Origin: Fidelibacterota bacterium
Lineage (GTDB): Bacteria; Fidelibacterota; Marinisomatia; Marinisomatales; TCS55
Reading direction: 5' to 3'
DNA length: 64,000 nucleotides
Assembly (NCBI GenBank): GCA_046861385.1
Contig: JBHHTW010000004.1
Coordinates: 1-64,000 of the forward strand
Shown piece after piece: positions 9,914-20,065 of this stretch; the first letter of the stretch is position 1, and each line of letters opens with the position of its first letter. Below the pieces are notes generated by a model. That model was not told the DNA's origin. It ran no database searches and saw only the letters and a list, made by a program, of their open reading frames with translations. A program made the translations under genes and the position numbers.

Positions 9914-10285
9914 TTAGTTTACTTTACATTTCCTACATGTACCCCTCACCTTAATATGGTAACCGGATACATGATGTTGAGTTCTTAATTCCAATTCGGA
10001 AATAATATCTTCCCTATCAATTTCTATATCATAGATTTCATTGCATTCATTACATATAAAGTGATCATGAGGATTCATATTGCCATCATAATGGGCGACA
10101 CCATTTAGTTGAATCATTCTGATTAACCCTTGATCAATCAACTGATTAAGGTTCCTATAAACTGTTCCAAAACTAATATTCGGTTTTACTTTTTTTGCTT
10201 CACCAAATATCCAGTCAGCAGTTGGATGGATTTTGGTTGAAGTAATCCGTTGAAGGACCAGCTCTCTTTGTTTTGAAAATCTCAT
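9914..10285 (-). CDS. perR: Fur-family regulator, PerR-like
   Basis: [21 protein letters not shown] and CRKC motifs; directly upstream of ahpC. Confidence 0.8.
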   Translation of the reverse strand: MRFSKQRELVLQRITSTKIHPTADWIFGEAKKVKPNISFGTVYRNLNQLIDQGLIRMIQLNGVAHYDGNMNPHDHFICNECNEIYDIEIDREDIISELELRTQHHVSGYHIKVRGTCRKCKVN

Positions 10286-10309
10286 AATAACTCAACAAAG
10301 TTACCCACT

Positions 10310-10328
10310 AATAGGAATTATTCCTATT
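10310..10328. promoter_or_regulatory. Putative PerR box upstream of perR-ahpC
   Basis: Perfect 9-1-9 palindrome AATAGGAAT-T-ATTCCTATT. Confidence 0.75.
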
Positions 10329-10343
10329 TATTTATAGTTCTTT

Positions 10344-11165
10344 TTAAGATTTTTTTACAACCGCCCTGATAATGACACTGCCTAAAACCATTACACCACC
10401 CCAAATAGCATATTTCCCAAGAGTCTCTCCAATTATTAAATAAACTAAAATTGGATTTATGATAGGCTCAACTGTTGGGTAGATGATTGCATCCAAAGCA
10501 GAAACATGTTTAATAACAATGGAAAATAGAATATATGGAATCCCAAGTTGAAATACCCCTAATAGAACGACCAAGCCCCACGATTGGAAATCATAACTAA
10601 TTGTATTGATAATGATCGGCAGACAAATAATTAACGTTAATATATTACCTAAAAGGACTGATTCTATGGGTGAGGCATGCTTTTGTTTCCGTAATAATAT
10701 TGTAAATAAGGCAAAGGAAATGCCGGCAACGATAGCAAAAATATTTCCTAAATAACCGGATAATGTCAAATCATCCATAAAAAACAAACCTAATCCAATC
10801 AGCATACCAACAATCGCAAGCCAATCAATGATATATGAACGTTCTTTCAGCACGAAATAGCTCAATAGTGCAACATAAATCGGAGCAGTATATTGTAGCA
10901 GAATGGCATTCCCTGCAGTTGTTAGTTTATTAGCGATAACAAAAAATGTTACTGTGGATGCATAAGATATTGCTGCTCCAATTTGATATTTTGACCAGGA
11001 AAATGTTGGCTTTTTTAAATATAGGAGAATCGTTAGTCCGGCTAATCCACTTCGCACTCCTGCAATAGCCAATGGTGGCCAAGGGATACTCTTAATCAAA
11101 ACTCCTCCTGTGCTCCATAAAAGTCCTATCAGAAGTAAGTAAAATATTGCTGTTCTATGTTTCAC
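10344..11165 (-). CDS. EamA/DMT family transporter
   Basis: About 10 TM helices; NAILLQYTAP and EPIINP motifs. Confidence 0.9.
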   Translation of the reverse strand: MKHRTAIFYLLLIGLLWSTGGVLIKSIPWPPLAIAGVRSGLAGLTILLYLKKPTFSWSKYQIGAAISYASTVTFFVIANKLTTAGNAILLQYTAPIYVALLSYFVLKERSYIIDWLAIVGMLIGLGLFFMDDLTLSGYLGNIFAIVAGISFALFTILLRKQKHASPIESVLLGNILTLIICLPIIINTISYDFQSWGLVVLLGVFQLGIPYILFSIVIKHVSALDAIIYPTVEPIINPILVYLIIGETLGKYAIWGGVMVLGSVIIRAVVKKS

Positions 11166-11473
11166 AGTTTCTCAAGACAATCCGGCAAATATCGATTCAC
11201 GTTTTATTGAAATTATGGTGGCTCTTTCTTTTCTGCAATGAGTTCGTGTCTGCCATTGTAACTGTTTTCAATTTACATATATCGAGGACTGCGATTCTGT
11301 CTTTTGAGAGTATAGAGAACCATCTTTCATTGAAATTTTTGTTCATGAAATTAATTGTTTTATGCTATTTTATTCTTAATTTTAGGTACAGAAGTAGTAA
11401 GGAATATCAACTAAAAACAGTCAGGAAGAAAAAAATTATCATAATTAGATTTGCTCTATAAAACACCCTCCAA

Positions 11474-11503
11474 CAAAAAACCCTGCTTCGGCAGGGTTTT
11501 TTG
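11474..11503. terminator. Bidirectional intrinsic terminator
   Basis: CAAAAAACCCTGC-TTCG-GCAGGGTTTTTTG. Confidence 0.9.
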
Positions 11504-11528
11504 GATTTTTGGAGGTATTTAAAGTCAA

Positions 11529-12311
11529 TTAAAGTCCTTTAACACTACCTGATTTTTTATATAATTGAAACACTATATGCCACCCCAGAGCAACAATAAT
11601 CATCAATACTAACCAATTAGTGGACTCAGTGACACCAAACCGACCCCCCGAAAGAACTGTGGTGTGTTGATTTATCATTGTCCAAATCAAGGGAACTGAC
11701 AAATACGTATTATGTTTAGAGCGGATTCCTGCCATAGCCAATAGATTTGTATCAAATGATTCACCCTTTTTTACAGCGGGAATTATTATTTGTTGGGCAG
11801 GCCAGATACGAAACCAGACGTTGAAAGCCATGATCGTCCCAAAAAGTGCTCCCAGATGGATATTAAAGGAACGATAACTAAAGTCAGACCATTCTTTCAT
11901 TAATAAGACAACTACGCCAATTAAAATAAAACTAATGATGGTTACTAAACGTACATTAGAAGTTATCCCACTTTTATATAAAGCGTCATAGATAAATACT
12001 CCAAGGAAGGTGACAGCAATCATAACAAATGAACTAATACTCCATTGTGTATCAGGATCATTGAATGTTAATCCGCCATGATAAAACACAATAAGCAGTA
12101 AAAAGAATCCGGTGAACCAAGTCCAGGCGGCTCCCCAACGGAACCAATAAAGGACCCTTGGAAATAATTCCGGTGTAATTTTTTGTTTTGTTTCCCCATC
12201 AATGGTCGCAGTAAATGGGAGGTTTATAAGATTGAACCAATAGAGAAGTCCAACCCATATAATACCGGCTAATATATGAAGCCATTTAAATATTGGATGA
12301 ATTAATTCCAT
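11529..12311 (-). CDS. Urate hydroxylase PuuD-like membrane protein (no cytochrome c domain)
   Basis: WLHILAGIIWVG, WFRWGAAWTW, GTIMAFNVWFRIWPAQ and RSKHNTY motifs; no CxxCH. Confidence 0.8.
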   Translation of the reverse strand: MELIHPIFKWLHILAGIIWVGLLYWFNLINLPFTATIDGETKQKITPELFPRVLYWFRWGAAWTWFTGFFLLLIVFYHGGLTFNDPDTQWSISSFVMIAVTFLGVFIYDALYKSGITSNVRLVTIISFILIGVVVLLMKEWSDFSYRSFNIHLGALFGTIMAFNVWFRIWPAQQIIIPAVKKGESFDTNLLAMAGIRSKHNTYLSVPLIWTMINQHTTVLSGGRFGVTESTNWLVLMIIVALGWHIVFQLYKKSGSVKGL

Positions 12312-12473
12312 TTATTTCTCCTATCTTTATTTTGAGGTTTTGTAATAAACGCATTTATTAATTTATTTTCTATTATAAATAGATTTGAACTCATGATTCA
12401 ATAATTGAAATGTAAATGCTTCAAAAGCTTACATTCTATTTAAATGAAGGATTGTATGAGTTCTATTATGGAA

Positions 12474-13049
12474 TTATTCCAAATTCTTATTTGCAAAATC
12501 CCAGTTCACAAGGTTCCAGTAAGCATCGACATATTTAGGTCTGGCATTACGATAATCAATGTAATAGGCATGCTCCCAAACATCGATTGTAAGGAGGGCA
12601 GTTTTCCCGTGTGCAAGAGCAGAATCGGCATTATTTGTATTCATAATTGCCAGTTCGTTACCTTCTTTCACTAACCAGGTCCATCCGCTGCCAAAATTCG
12701 TAACGGCATTTTTGGAAAACTGTGCTTTGAAATTATCAAAAGATCCGAAGGACTGAACTATCGCATCAGCCACCGCTTTTTTGGGCTTTCCACCGCCATT
12801 AGGATCGAGAGATTTCCAGTAAAACGAGTGATTCCATACTTGAGCAGCATTGTTAAATAACCCACCTTGCGCATTTTTCACAATTTCTTCTAGTGAGCTA
12901 TTTTCAAAGTCAGTTCCGGGAATAAGATTATTAAGATTTGTTACATATGCCTGATGATGCTTACCATAGTGGTAATCCAGTGTTTCAGCTGAAATGTAAG
13001 GTTCTAATTTATTTTTTTTGTAGGGTAATTCAGGTAATTCGTGCAGCAT
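12474..13049 (-). CDS. sodB: Fe superoxide dismutase
   Basis: HYGKHH, FNNAAQVWNH (Fe-type AAQ) and DVWEHAYY motifs. Confidence 0.95.
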   Translation of the reverse strand: MLHELPELPYKKNKLEPYISAETLDYHYGKHHQAYVTNLNNLIPGTDFENSSLEEIVKNAQGGLFNNAAQVWNHSFYWKSLDPNGGGKPKKAVADAIVQSFGSFDNFKAQFSKNAVTNFGSGWTWLVKEGNELAIMNTNNADSALAHGKTALLTIDVWEHAYYIDYRNARPKYVDAYWNLVNWDFANKNLE

Positions 13050-13108
13050 CTTGTTCTTTCTGTTAATTGTTAATTATTCAATAAATTTTCTTATGAAATA
13101 TAATAATA

Positions 13109-13127
13109 ATTAGGAATAATTCCTATT
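13109..13127. promoter_or_regulatory. Second putative PerR box, upstream of sodB
   Basis: ATTAGGAAT-A-ATTCCTATT; its reverse complement differs from the 10310 site at one base. Confidence 0.7.
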
Positions 13128-13153
13128 TAGATTACTAATTATTACAAAAAGGT

Positions 13154-14740
13154 TTAGACTAACTGGGGAAATGGAAATAAATCTTCAAGAGCTTTAATTC
13201 TTCCAAATTCATCCTTGTGAATGACATGAATTCTTGTGAATTCGGTATAATTATTTAAACCGGATGCAGCAGCAAGGGCATTTAAACCGTTACGAAGTGT
13301 AATGATATAATTAAGGACTCGCCATTGTTTTTCCTCAACCACCAACGCTTTCTGATGATTTGGATCTGTTGTCGCTACTCCAACGGGACATTTATTTGTA
13401 TGACATTTCATGGCACCGATACATCCCACTGACACCATCATTCCTCTGGCGATATTAACGAGATCTGCCCCCATCCCCATGGCAATTGCAATTTTATCCG
13501 GGCTGAAGAGTTTACCACTGGCAAATACTTTCACCCGATCACGAACACCATATTTTCTCAATGCATTGTCCAGATAAATTAATCCTGATTTAATTGGTAA
13601 CCCCATTGTATCGGCCATTTCCTGGTAAGTCGCACCGGAGCCTCCCTCGCCTCCATCCACCGTGATGGCATCGGGACCCCGACCGGTTAAAGCCATTTCT
13701 TTACACAATTCGTCGGCGGAGTCCGGGCTTCCCATAACTACCTTTATTCCAACAGGTTTACCTCCCAATTGCCTTAATTCATCGATAAAATCAAAAAGAG
13801 AGGATACATCATGGAATTGACGATGTCGATTAGGTGAATCCACATTCTGCCAGGGAGTTACTCCGCGGATAGCAGCAATTTCTTCATTCACCTTACTCCC
13901 CTCCACATGACCACCTCTAATCTTCGCTCCCTGGGCCATTTTAATTTCAAACATGGCTAGTTGAGGATTTTCAGCAATATCTTTAAATTTTTCTTTGGAA
14001 AAGTCACCATTATTTTCTCGAACACCAAATAAACCGGGCCCGATTTGCATAATTACATCCCCACCACCCAACAAATGGTATTTAGCCAGTCCACCTTCAC
14101 CGGTATGAACCCATGATCCTTGTGCTTTACCGATTCCCATACTCATAGAACTAATGGCGTTTTCGCCCAAGGCTCCGAAACTCATAGCACTCATACCAAC
14201 AGGTCCCTTTAGTCTCCATGGAATATCACAATCTTTCCCAATAATTATGGCATCTTCATCCCGTAGTAACCAGGGTTGAACTTCAACTTCTTCCAAATGT
14301 TCTCTTCGGGAAAATAATCCTTCAACTCCCACATATCGCTTGGTTTTCATTTTTGGATCACACACAATATGCATCTCTTCTGCCAACTTGGGAAACATGG
14401 AATTTCTAAGAAACCAACCCGGTTTATCAAAATCCCGCTTGGAACCAAACGCTATGAGAGTTTTCATATATTTTCCTGCCACAACTATATTCTGAAAATC
14501 CATACGACTAAATGGTTTCCCTTCATTATCAGAATCGAACATATATTGTCTTAGCTCCGGTCCCATCATTTCAAAAACATAACGAATTCGCCCCAATAAA
14601 GGAAAATTACGTAATATTGAATGCTGACTTTGTCGCTTATCAATCATGTACCAGACGAAAAAAACAATCGGTGGCACAATCAAAACAATAATAGCGAGTA
14701 TAAGAAAACCGGTGATAATAAAATCATTCATATTGATCAC
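13154..14740 (-). CDS. FMN-binding glutamate synthase family protein (YerD-like)
   Basis: N-terminal TM; SAMSFGAL, TGEGG, EIKMAQGAK, DGGEGG and CIGAMKCHTNKCPVG motifs. Confidence 0.9.
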   Translation of the reverse strand: MINMNDFIITGFLILAIIVLIVPPIVFFVWYMIDKRQSQHSILRNFPLLGRIRYVFEMMGPELRQYMFDSDNEGKPFSRMDFQNIVVAGKYMKTLIAFGSKRDFDKPGWFLRNSMFPKLAEEMHIVCDPKMKTKRYVGVEGLFSRREHLEEVEVQPWLLRDEDAIIIGKDCDIPWRLKGPVGMSAMSFGALGENAISSMSMGIGKAQGSWVHTGEGGLAKYHLLGGGDVIMQIGPGLFGVRENNGDFSKEKFKDIAENPQLAMFEIKMAQGAKIRGGHVEGSKVNEEIAAIRGVTPWQNVDSPNRHRQFHDVSSLFDFIDELRQLGGKPVGIKVVMGSPDSADELCKEMALTGRGPDAITVDGGEGGSGATYQEMADTMGLPIKSGLIYLDNALRKYGVRDRVKVFASGKLFSPDKIAIAMGMGADLVNIARGMMVSVGCIGAMKCHTNKCPVGVATTDPNHQKALVVEEKQWRVLNYIITLRNGLNALAAASGLNNYTEFTRIHVIHKDEFGRIKALEDLFPFPQLV

Positions 14741-15621
14741 TTAACAATTAAGATAGGACATTGACAAGTTTCCATGACTTTTAATGGCTTACTTCCTGCA
14801 AAAAACTTAGTAATCGGACTTTTGGTGGAGCTTCCCATTACAATAATATGGTCATTTCCAGCTTCATTAATAATCACCTCTACCGGATCTCCTACCCGGA
14901 AAATGTTTTGGTATTGAATCCTTGATCGACTCATAAACTTTCCGGCTCTCTCTGCTGCATTTTTATATCCTTTACCGAAATGCTCCCGTTTACTAACGGT
15001 AAGGATATCAACTCCGATTCCGTATGAATGGGCGACTTTTGCGCCGAATTTTACTGCTCGATTGGTTCCTCTGGAATCATCAACCGCTAAAAGAATTCGA
15101 TATGACTGATTTAAATCAATCTGATTAACAACAAAGATAGAACTGTCTATAAACTGAATTAAATCATGCGCCATGCGTCGCTTTCTGCTGCCACCGATAA
15201 TGGTAACATCATAATCACCTTTATGGACTTCATCCCTGAGTTCGGAAATAATATCTCCATTTCGTAAAATTAGATTGACATTTTTGCAAAAGGTCCCTTT
15301 CAAATACACATTCGCCCGGTTGGCACTGGTTTTGATCAGAGTATTTGTTGGAAAACCAGCTTCAATGGATTGGGGCTTGATGTATGAATGATCTGCCAGG
15401 TAATGAAAAGCCCACTCCAGCACATCCATCCCTGGTCTGTCAAACTCCCAGGATTCCATACGATCATGGGCCATGCTGACGACCTTTGAACTAAACTCAC
15501 TGATTTTCTCACCGACGTCTACAATGGTGGTGGACGCATTAAAGGCTTGGGCTATTTTCATACCAACCTGAAGAGTTGACTTCGAATATTCTTTGCTGCT
15601 GACAGCGATTAATATCTTCAT
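14737..15621 (-). CDS. Tandem universal stress protein
   Basis: Two USP domains (KILIAV; RILLAVD...IIVMGS...CPILIVK). Confidence 0.8.
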   Translation of the reverse strand: MKILIAVSSKEYSKSTLQVGMKIAQAFNASTTIVDVGEKISEFSSKVVSMAHDRMESWEFDRPGMDVLEWAFHYLADHSYIKPQSIEAGFPTNTLIKTSANRANVYLKGTFCKNVNLILRNGDIISELRDEVHKGDYDVTIIGGSRKRRMAHDLIQFIDSSIFVVNQIDLNQSYRILLAVDDSRGTNRAVKFGAKVAHSYGIGVDILTVSKREHFGKGYKNAAERAGKFMSRSRIQYQNIFRVGDPVEVIINEAGNDHIIVMGSSTKSPITKFFAGSKPLKVMETCQCPILIVK

Positions 15622-15644
15622 TGCAGTCCTATATTAACACGATT

Positions 15645-17057
15645 TTACTTGAAAAACAGCCAATAAGTATTTGAGTAGGCTACAAGCAGAATAATAGACA
15701 TAATTCCAACTTTCCAGCCTATTTTTAAAAAATCTTTAGCGCTGACCAGACCGCTGGAATAAATAATCGTACAGGCGGGGGCAGCAACGGCGGTAAAATA
15801 ACCAAAAGCAGATGCCACTACAGTAACCAAACCCAAGTGAAGAGTATCCGGTCCCAAATTCATAGTTACTGGCCCCAAGACCGCCACGGTGGCTGAACTG
15901 GATAATACGTTGGCCAACAAAGTGGTGATCAGCACAATAATTGAATCGGTAATAGAGGGGAAAATATCCATAATAGATTCAAAATAATTCACAACATGAT
16001 TGGCCATCCACAATGCCGCTCCTGTTGATTTAATATTTGATCCCAGAGAGATAGTGGCACCGAATAGAATGATCACTCCCCAGTTTGTATTACGGCTCAA
16101 ATCTTCCCATTTTACAAACCCGGCAATTAAATATAATAAAACGCCTGCCAGGGCGATGGTTCCTAAACCCAGCGAATCACTGAGAAATACCCAACCGCAA
16201 AATACCAGAAAAAATATAAAAACAGCCACGGTACTCCTGCCTGTTAAATCAGGTGATTTAGCCACCTGAACAATTAATTTCCTGACACCAGTATCCAGGC
16301 TTGAGTATTCGGAAGTAAAACTTTTTAATAACAACCAGGTGACCAGAGGAATCTGTATTAGCACCAAAGGATACAATCGAATTATCCAGCTTAAGTAAGG
16401 TAAGGATATACCGTAACCTTTTAAGTAGGAAATCATAATCACATTCCGTCCACCTCCTGAGGGAGTACCGACAGAACCAATCAGGGCACCATAAGCAATG
16501 GCAAATAACAAGACGGCACTTAACCCCCTGACTTTTTCTTTATCTTCCGATGTATATCTAATAAGAGTGAGCCCAATGGGAAGCATGAGTGCCGCAACGG
16601 TGTGACCGCCAATGAATGAAGCCATAATGGCCGAAATTGCAGTGAATCCAAAAACAATATTCTTTGTTTTATGGCCGGTAAGGGTAATGATTCCCAATGC
16701 AATTCGTTTATCCCAACCCTGCTGAATAATGGCCACTGCCAACATTAATGATCCCATAATAAAAAACACAGCATCATTCATAAAAGAATGTGAAATTTCC
16801 TCCGGGCCACCAATACCGAGGACCACTTCCATGACCAGAATATAAATGGCGATGGCTGGTAAAGAAATCGGTTCTGTAATAATCATCATGAGCGTCGTGA
16901 CCACAATGAGTATAATACGGTATCCCGCAACCGAAAGACCTTCCGGGGGAGAAAAAAAGAGGAGAATGGCCCCCAATATCATGGTGATTAAAAACCATTT
17001 CTTCTGGGTCGCCCAAAAAAGGAAGTTTGACAAAGATTTGTGTGTAAAGCCAAGCAT
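15645..17057 (-). CDS. DASS/SLC13 family sodium:sulfate/dicarboxylate symporter
   Basis: GTPSGGGRN and NWGVIILFG motifs; many TM helices. Confidence 0.85.
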   Translation of the reverse strand: MLGFTHKSLSNFLFWATQKKWFLITMILGAILLFFSPPEGLSVAGYRIILIVVTTLMMIITEPISLPAIAIYILVMEVVLGIGGPEEISHSFMNDAVFFIMGSLMLAVAIIQQGWDKRIALGIITLTGHKTKNIVFGFTAISAIMASFIGGHTVAALMLPIGLTLIRYTSEDKEKVRGLSAVLLFAIAYGALIGSVGTPSGGGRNVIMISYLKGYGISLPYLSWIIRLYPLVLIQIPLVTWLLLKSFTSEYSSLDTGVRKLIVQVAKSPDLTGRSTVAVFIFFLVFCGWVFLSDSLGLGTIALAGVLLYLIAGFVKWEDLSRNTNWGVIILFGATISLGSNIKSTGAALWMANHVVNYFESIMDIFPSITDSIIVLITTLLANVLSSSATVAVLGPVTMNLGPDTLHLGLVTVVASAFGYFTAVAAPACTIIYSSGLVSAKDFLKIGWKVGIMSIILLVAYSNTYWLFFK

Positions 17058-17087
17058 AGAAGGCTATAATTTAGTGTCTAATATCAA

Positions 17088-17495
17088 TCAGTGGATACAT
17101 TCGCTTGGAACTCTTTTTCCATCCTCCATTATCGCCCACTTCCAGATGGGCACACGTTTTTTCAGCTCAACAATAAACCAAGACATGGCATCAATCCCCT
17201 CCTGCCTATGTTTAGACCAGATAACAATGTGCAGGCTTGTCTCCCCTACATTAACCCTTCCAACCCTGTGTTTACATAATAAATTATGAATTGGGAATTT
17301 TTTCACAGCCTCTTCTGCCAACTGCTTTAGTTCAGTTTCTGCCATACCTTCATATTGTTCATATTCTAGTGCGGTAATAGTTTCATCATTCTCCGTAGCG
17401 CGGACGCGACCATTGAAGATCAATTCTGCCCCGTCTTGACGGTGGGTGTCATCTGAGGGAAAAAAGGTAATTGGACCTTTTACAATTTCAATCAT
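17088..17495 (-). CDS. moaE: Molybdopterin synthase catalytic subunit
   Basis: LEYEQYEGMA, HRVG and ELKKRVPIWK motifs. Confidence 0.95.
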   Translation of the reverse strand: MIEIVKGPITFFPSDDTHRQDGAELIFNGRVRATENDETITALEYEQYEGMAETELKQLAEEAVKKFPIHNLLCKHRVGRVNVGETSLHIVIWSKHRQEGIDAMSWFIVELKKRVPIWKWAIMEDGKRVPSECIH

Positions 17496-17549
17496 TGATC
17501 ATTGGTATTTTTTTTAATTTTGTGACTTTTGTGGATTTTGCGGCATTTA

Positions 17550-17795
17550 TCAACCTCCCTGCACAGGTGGAATGAAGGCCACTTCATCCCCATCTTTCAA
17601 TACTACTTCTTCCGGAACATATTTTTGATTTACCGCAACACGTAAACTGACGCCATCCAGTTTTCCGTCTGCTTTCTCGCGAATCAGTTTTTCTAATTCA
17701 AATGATGTTATTCCAGTTTTCAATTCCAAATTAATTTCATTTTCACCCATGGTATATTTCACTTGAGAGAAACATTTAATAGTTATTTTTATCAT
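17550..17795 (-). CDS. moaD: Molybdopterin synthase sulfur-carrier subunit
   Basis: VAVNQ...LKDGDEVAFIPPVQGG with C-terminal GG. Confidence 0.95.
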   Translation of the reverse strand: MIKITIKCFSQVKYTMGENEINLELKTGITSFELEKLIREKADGKLDGVSLRVAVNQKYVPEEVVLKDGDEVAFIPPVQGG

Positions 17796-18766
17796 AATTG
17801 TATTGTTTGCGTAGAATGGCTCATCCCATCATAGATTAGTAGTTTTCCAATAAGATTTGGTTCGAGACCAACAATCAATTTTACTGCTTCTAATGCCTGA
17901 ATATTTCCAATAATTCCCGGCAGCATTCCCAATACACCGGCATCAGCACACGTCTCCCCCCCGGAAGGCGGCTCTGGAAATAATTCACTATATCCTGGGC
18001 TACCGTCTTTATTTAGAATTGCCACTTGGCCTTCATATCGATATAATCCACCATATATCATTGGTATTCCTAATCTTTTGGATAAGCTATCGATCAATTG
18101 TCGCGTTTGAATATTGTCTGTAGCATCGATGACAACATCAAAGTCGCGCATACAATTTAAACCGTTATTTCCGTTCAAATATTCACCAAAGATTTCAATA
18201 TCGGTTTCAGAATTATATTTTTTCAAATTTCCCCTGGCAATTTCCACTTTCAATCGACCAACATCATCCACACCAAATAATGGTTGCCGCTGCAAATTTG
18301 ACAATTCAACTTTATCCCCATCAATTATTTTAATTTTGCCTACTCCAGCCATGGCTAAAGATTGGGCTGCCGGACACCCAAGTCCACCCATCCCGACGAC
18401 TGCAACAGTCGCTTCTATTAATTTCTTTTGTCCCTCTATACCTATTTCAGGAAGAACTGTTTGTCTGGCCCATCTGCTTAAGTCGTTCTGTTCAGATTGA
18501 AAAGCGCACCATGACTGTGCGCCGCCCAATAAACTGAATGCATTCTCCAAATCCTTTTCAATAATCATTTCTTCCGTTATAATCCCGAATTGGCAGATGA
18601 GGACTGATATCCCTTTCAAATCTTGTAGAGCATCAACACTAATTGCAACCGGGTTCAGACCTTTCAGGGGAAATTCGGATTGGAGTTCTTTCGACCGGAT
18701 ATCAATAATGGAAAATGGTTTTCCTTTATCGATCCATTCCTGTAATTCTTGTGGTGTAATTATCAT
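17792..18766 (-). CDS. moeB: MoeB/ThiF adenylyltransferase with N-terminal rhodanese-like domain
   Basis: GMGGLG, DKVELSNLQRQ and DATDN motifs; N-terminal IIDIR...VLIC...SLLGG rhodanese pattern. Confidence 0.85.
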   Translation of the reverse strand: MIITPQELQEWIDKGKPFSIIDIRSKELQSEFPLKGLNPVAISVDALQDLKGISVLICQFGIITEEMIIEKDLENAFSLLGGAQSWCAFQSEQNDLSRWARQTVLPEIGIEGQKKLIEATVAVVGMGGLGCPAAQSLAMAGVGKIKIIDGDKVELSNLQRQPLFGVDDVGRLKVEIARGNLKKYNSETDIEIFGEYLNGNNGLNCMRDFDVVIDATDNIQTRQLIDSLSKRLGIPMIYGGLYRYEGQVAILNKDGSPGYSELFPEPPSGGETCADAGVLGMLPGIIGNIQALEAVKLIVGLEPNLIGKLLIYDGMSHSTQTIQL

Positions 18767-18774
18767 TTTATTAG

Positions 18775-18840
18775 CCACAGAGTTATAGAGACCACAGAGA
18801 GTTTATAAAAGTATTTTTTCATAATATTTGTGACTCTGTG
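18775..18840. repeat. CACAGAG/CTCTGTG short inverted-repeat element
   Basis: CCACAGAG at 18775 and 18792, and TTTGTGACTCTGTG at 18827-18840; related TTTGTGACTTTTGTGG near 17519. Confidence 0.5.
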
Positions 18841-18841
18841 A

Positions 18842-20065
18842 TTAACCTAGTGTTTTCCATGGTAGAATGTTTACCCTAATCTTTTCACCCGTTTTTAATG
18901 GTTTATCTCCTGGTTCACTTCCCAAAATACAGTTGGCTTCCAATGATGATGAAAGCATGTGGGAACCTGTTTTAACTGAAGGTTCACACACTAATTTTCC
19001 ATTTTCTATCCACGCTTTTCCGAACAGGAAACGATATTTTTCTTTATCTCTGGGAAACGATTCTTTCAATATTCCTGTTAAAAACTTTTTCTCGGGTTTC
19101 CCCATCATTTTTTCCAAAACAGGCCAGACCCACTCCATAAAACCAATATACGCCGATACAGGATTTCCCGGCAGACCAAATATTAGGTTAGATTTCTTTG
19201 TCCCAAAAAAAAGAGGTTTTCCTGGTTTCTGTGCCACTTTCCAAAAATGCTCCTTAACACCCAGTTCCATAAAGACTTCACGGACATAGTCAAAACGTCC
19301 CATGGAAACACCACCGGAAGAAATAACCATATCACATGTTTCCAAAGCTTCGGATAAAAATGAACGTAACGATTCTCTATCATCTTTTATCACTTTCCGT
19401 ATGATGATATTCGCTCCGGCTCGTTCAACCAGTTCTGCAAGCACATAAAGATTGGAATTATAGATTTGTCCAGGCAATAATTCATTTCCAGGCTCAACTA
19501 ATTCATCACCCGTTCCAAAAATGGCAATTCTCGGTTTTTTGGAAACATTGACCTCCCCATATCCAAAAGTGGCTAATGTTCCAATTTCGCTGGGTGTAAT
19601 GCGAGTGCCATTTGGAATTAAGACATCTCCTTCTTTTATTTCTTCTCCTTGCTTCCGGATGTGTTTTCCGGAATGTGTTTCTAAATATATTTCGATAGAA
19701 TTGGTATCAGAAAATCCGCTGGTATCTTCAACCATAACAATCGTATCAGCACTATCCGGGATTTTTGCTCCTGTCATGCATTGAATACATTCGCCAGGTT
19801 TGAGCTTAACGCCGGCAGGTGTGCCAGCAGAACTCACGCTCACCATTTTAAGTGTCACTGGATTTTCCTGACTTGCATTCTTTGTATCTTCTGCGCGAAC
19901 TGCAAAGCCATCCATAGCAGAATTGTCGAACCGGGGTGATGGAAATGGTGCTACAATATCTTGGGCAAGTACACGATTACTTGCTTTATTCAATGAAATA
20001 ATTTCAGTTTTCAAAAATGGAATGTATCCTCGAATTATTTCTTTGGCTTCCTGAACGGATATCAT
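18842..20065 (-). CDS. moeA: Molybdopterin molybdotransferase
   Basis: SAMDGFAV, GTGDEL, SGGVSMG and GLPGNPVS motifs. Confidence 0.95.
   Translation of the reverse strand: MISVQEAKEIIRGYIPFLKTEIISLNKASNRVLAQDIVAPFPSPRFDNSAMDGFAVRAEDTKNASQENPVTLKMVSVSSAGTPAGVKLKPGECIQCMTGAKIPDSADTIVMVEDTSGFSDTNSIEIYLETHSGKHIRKQGEEIKEGDVLIPNGTRITPSEIGTLATFGYGEVNVSKKPRIAIFGTGDELVEPGNELLPGQIYNSNLYVLAELVERAGANIIIRKVIKDDRESLRSFLSEALETCDMVISSGGVSMGRFDYVREVFMELGVKEHFWKVAQKPGKPLFFGTKKSNLIFGLPGNPVSAYIGFMEWVWPVLEKMMGKPEKKFLTGILKESFPRDKEKYRFLFGKAWIENGKLVCEPSVKTGSHMLSSSLEANCILGSEPGDKPLKTGEKIRVNILPWKTLG

Noticed and set aside
11147-11461. 104-aa plus-strand ORF and short minus-strand ORFs in this spacer
   Set aside because: No recognisable motifs or RBS, overlap with the EamA start, and low-complexity AT-rich sequence.
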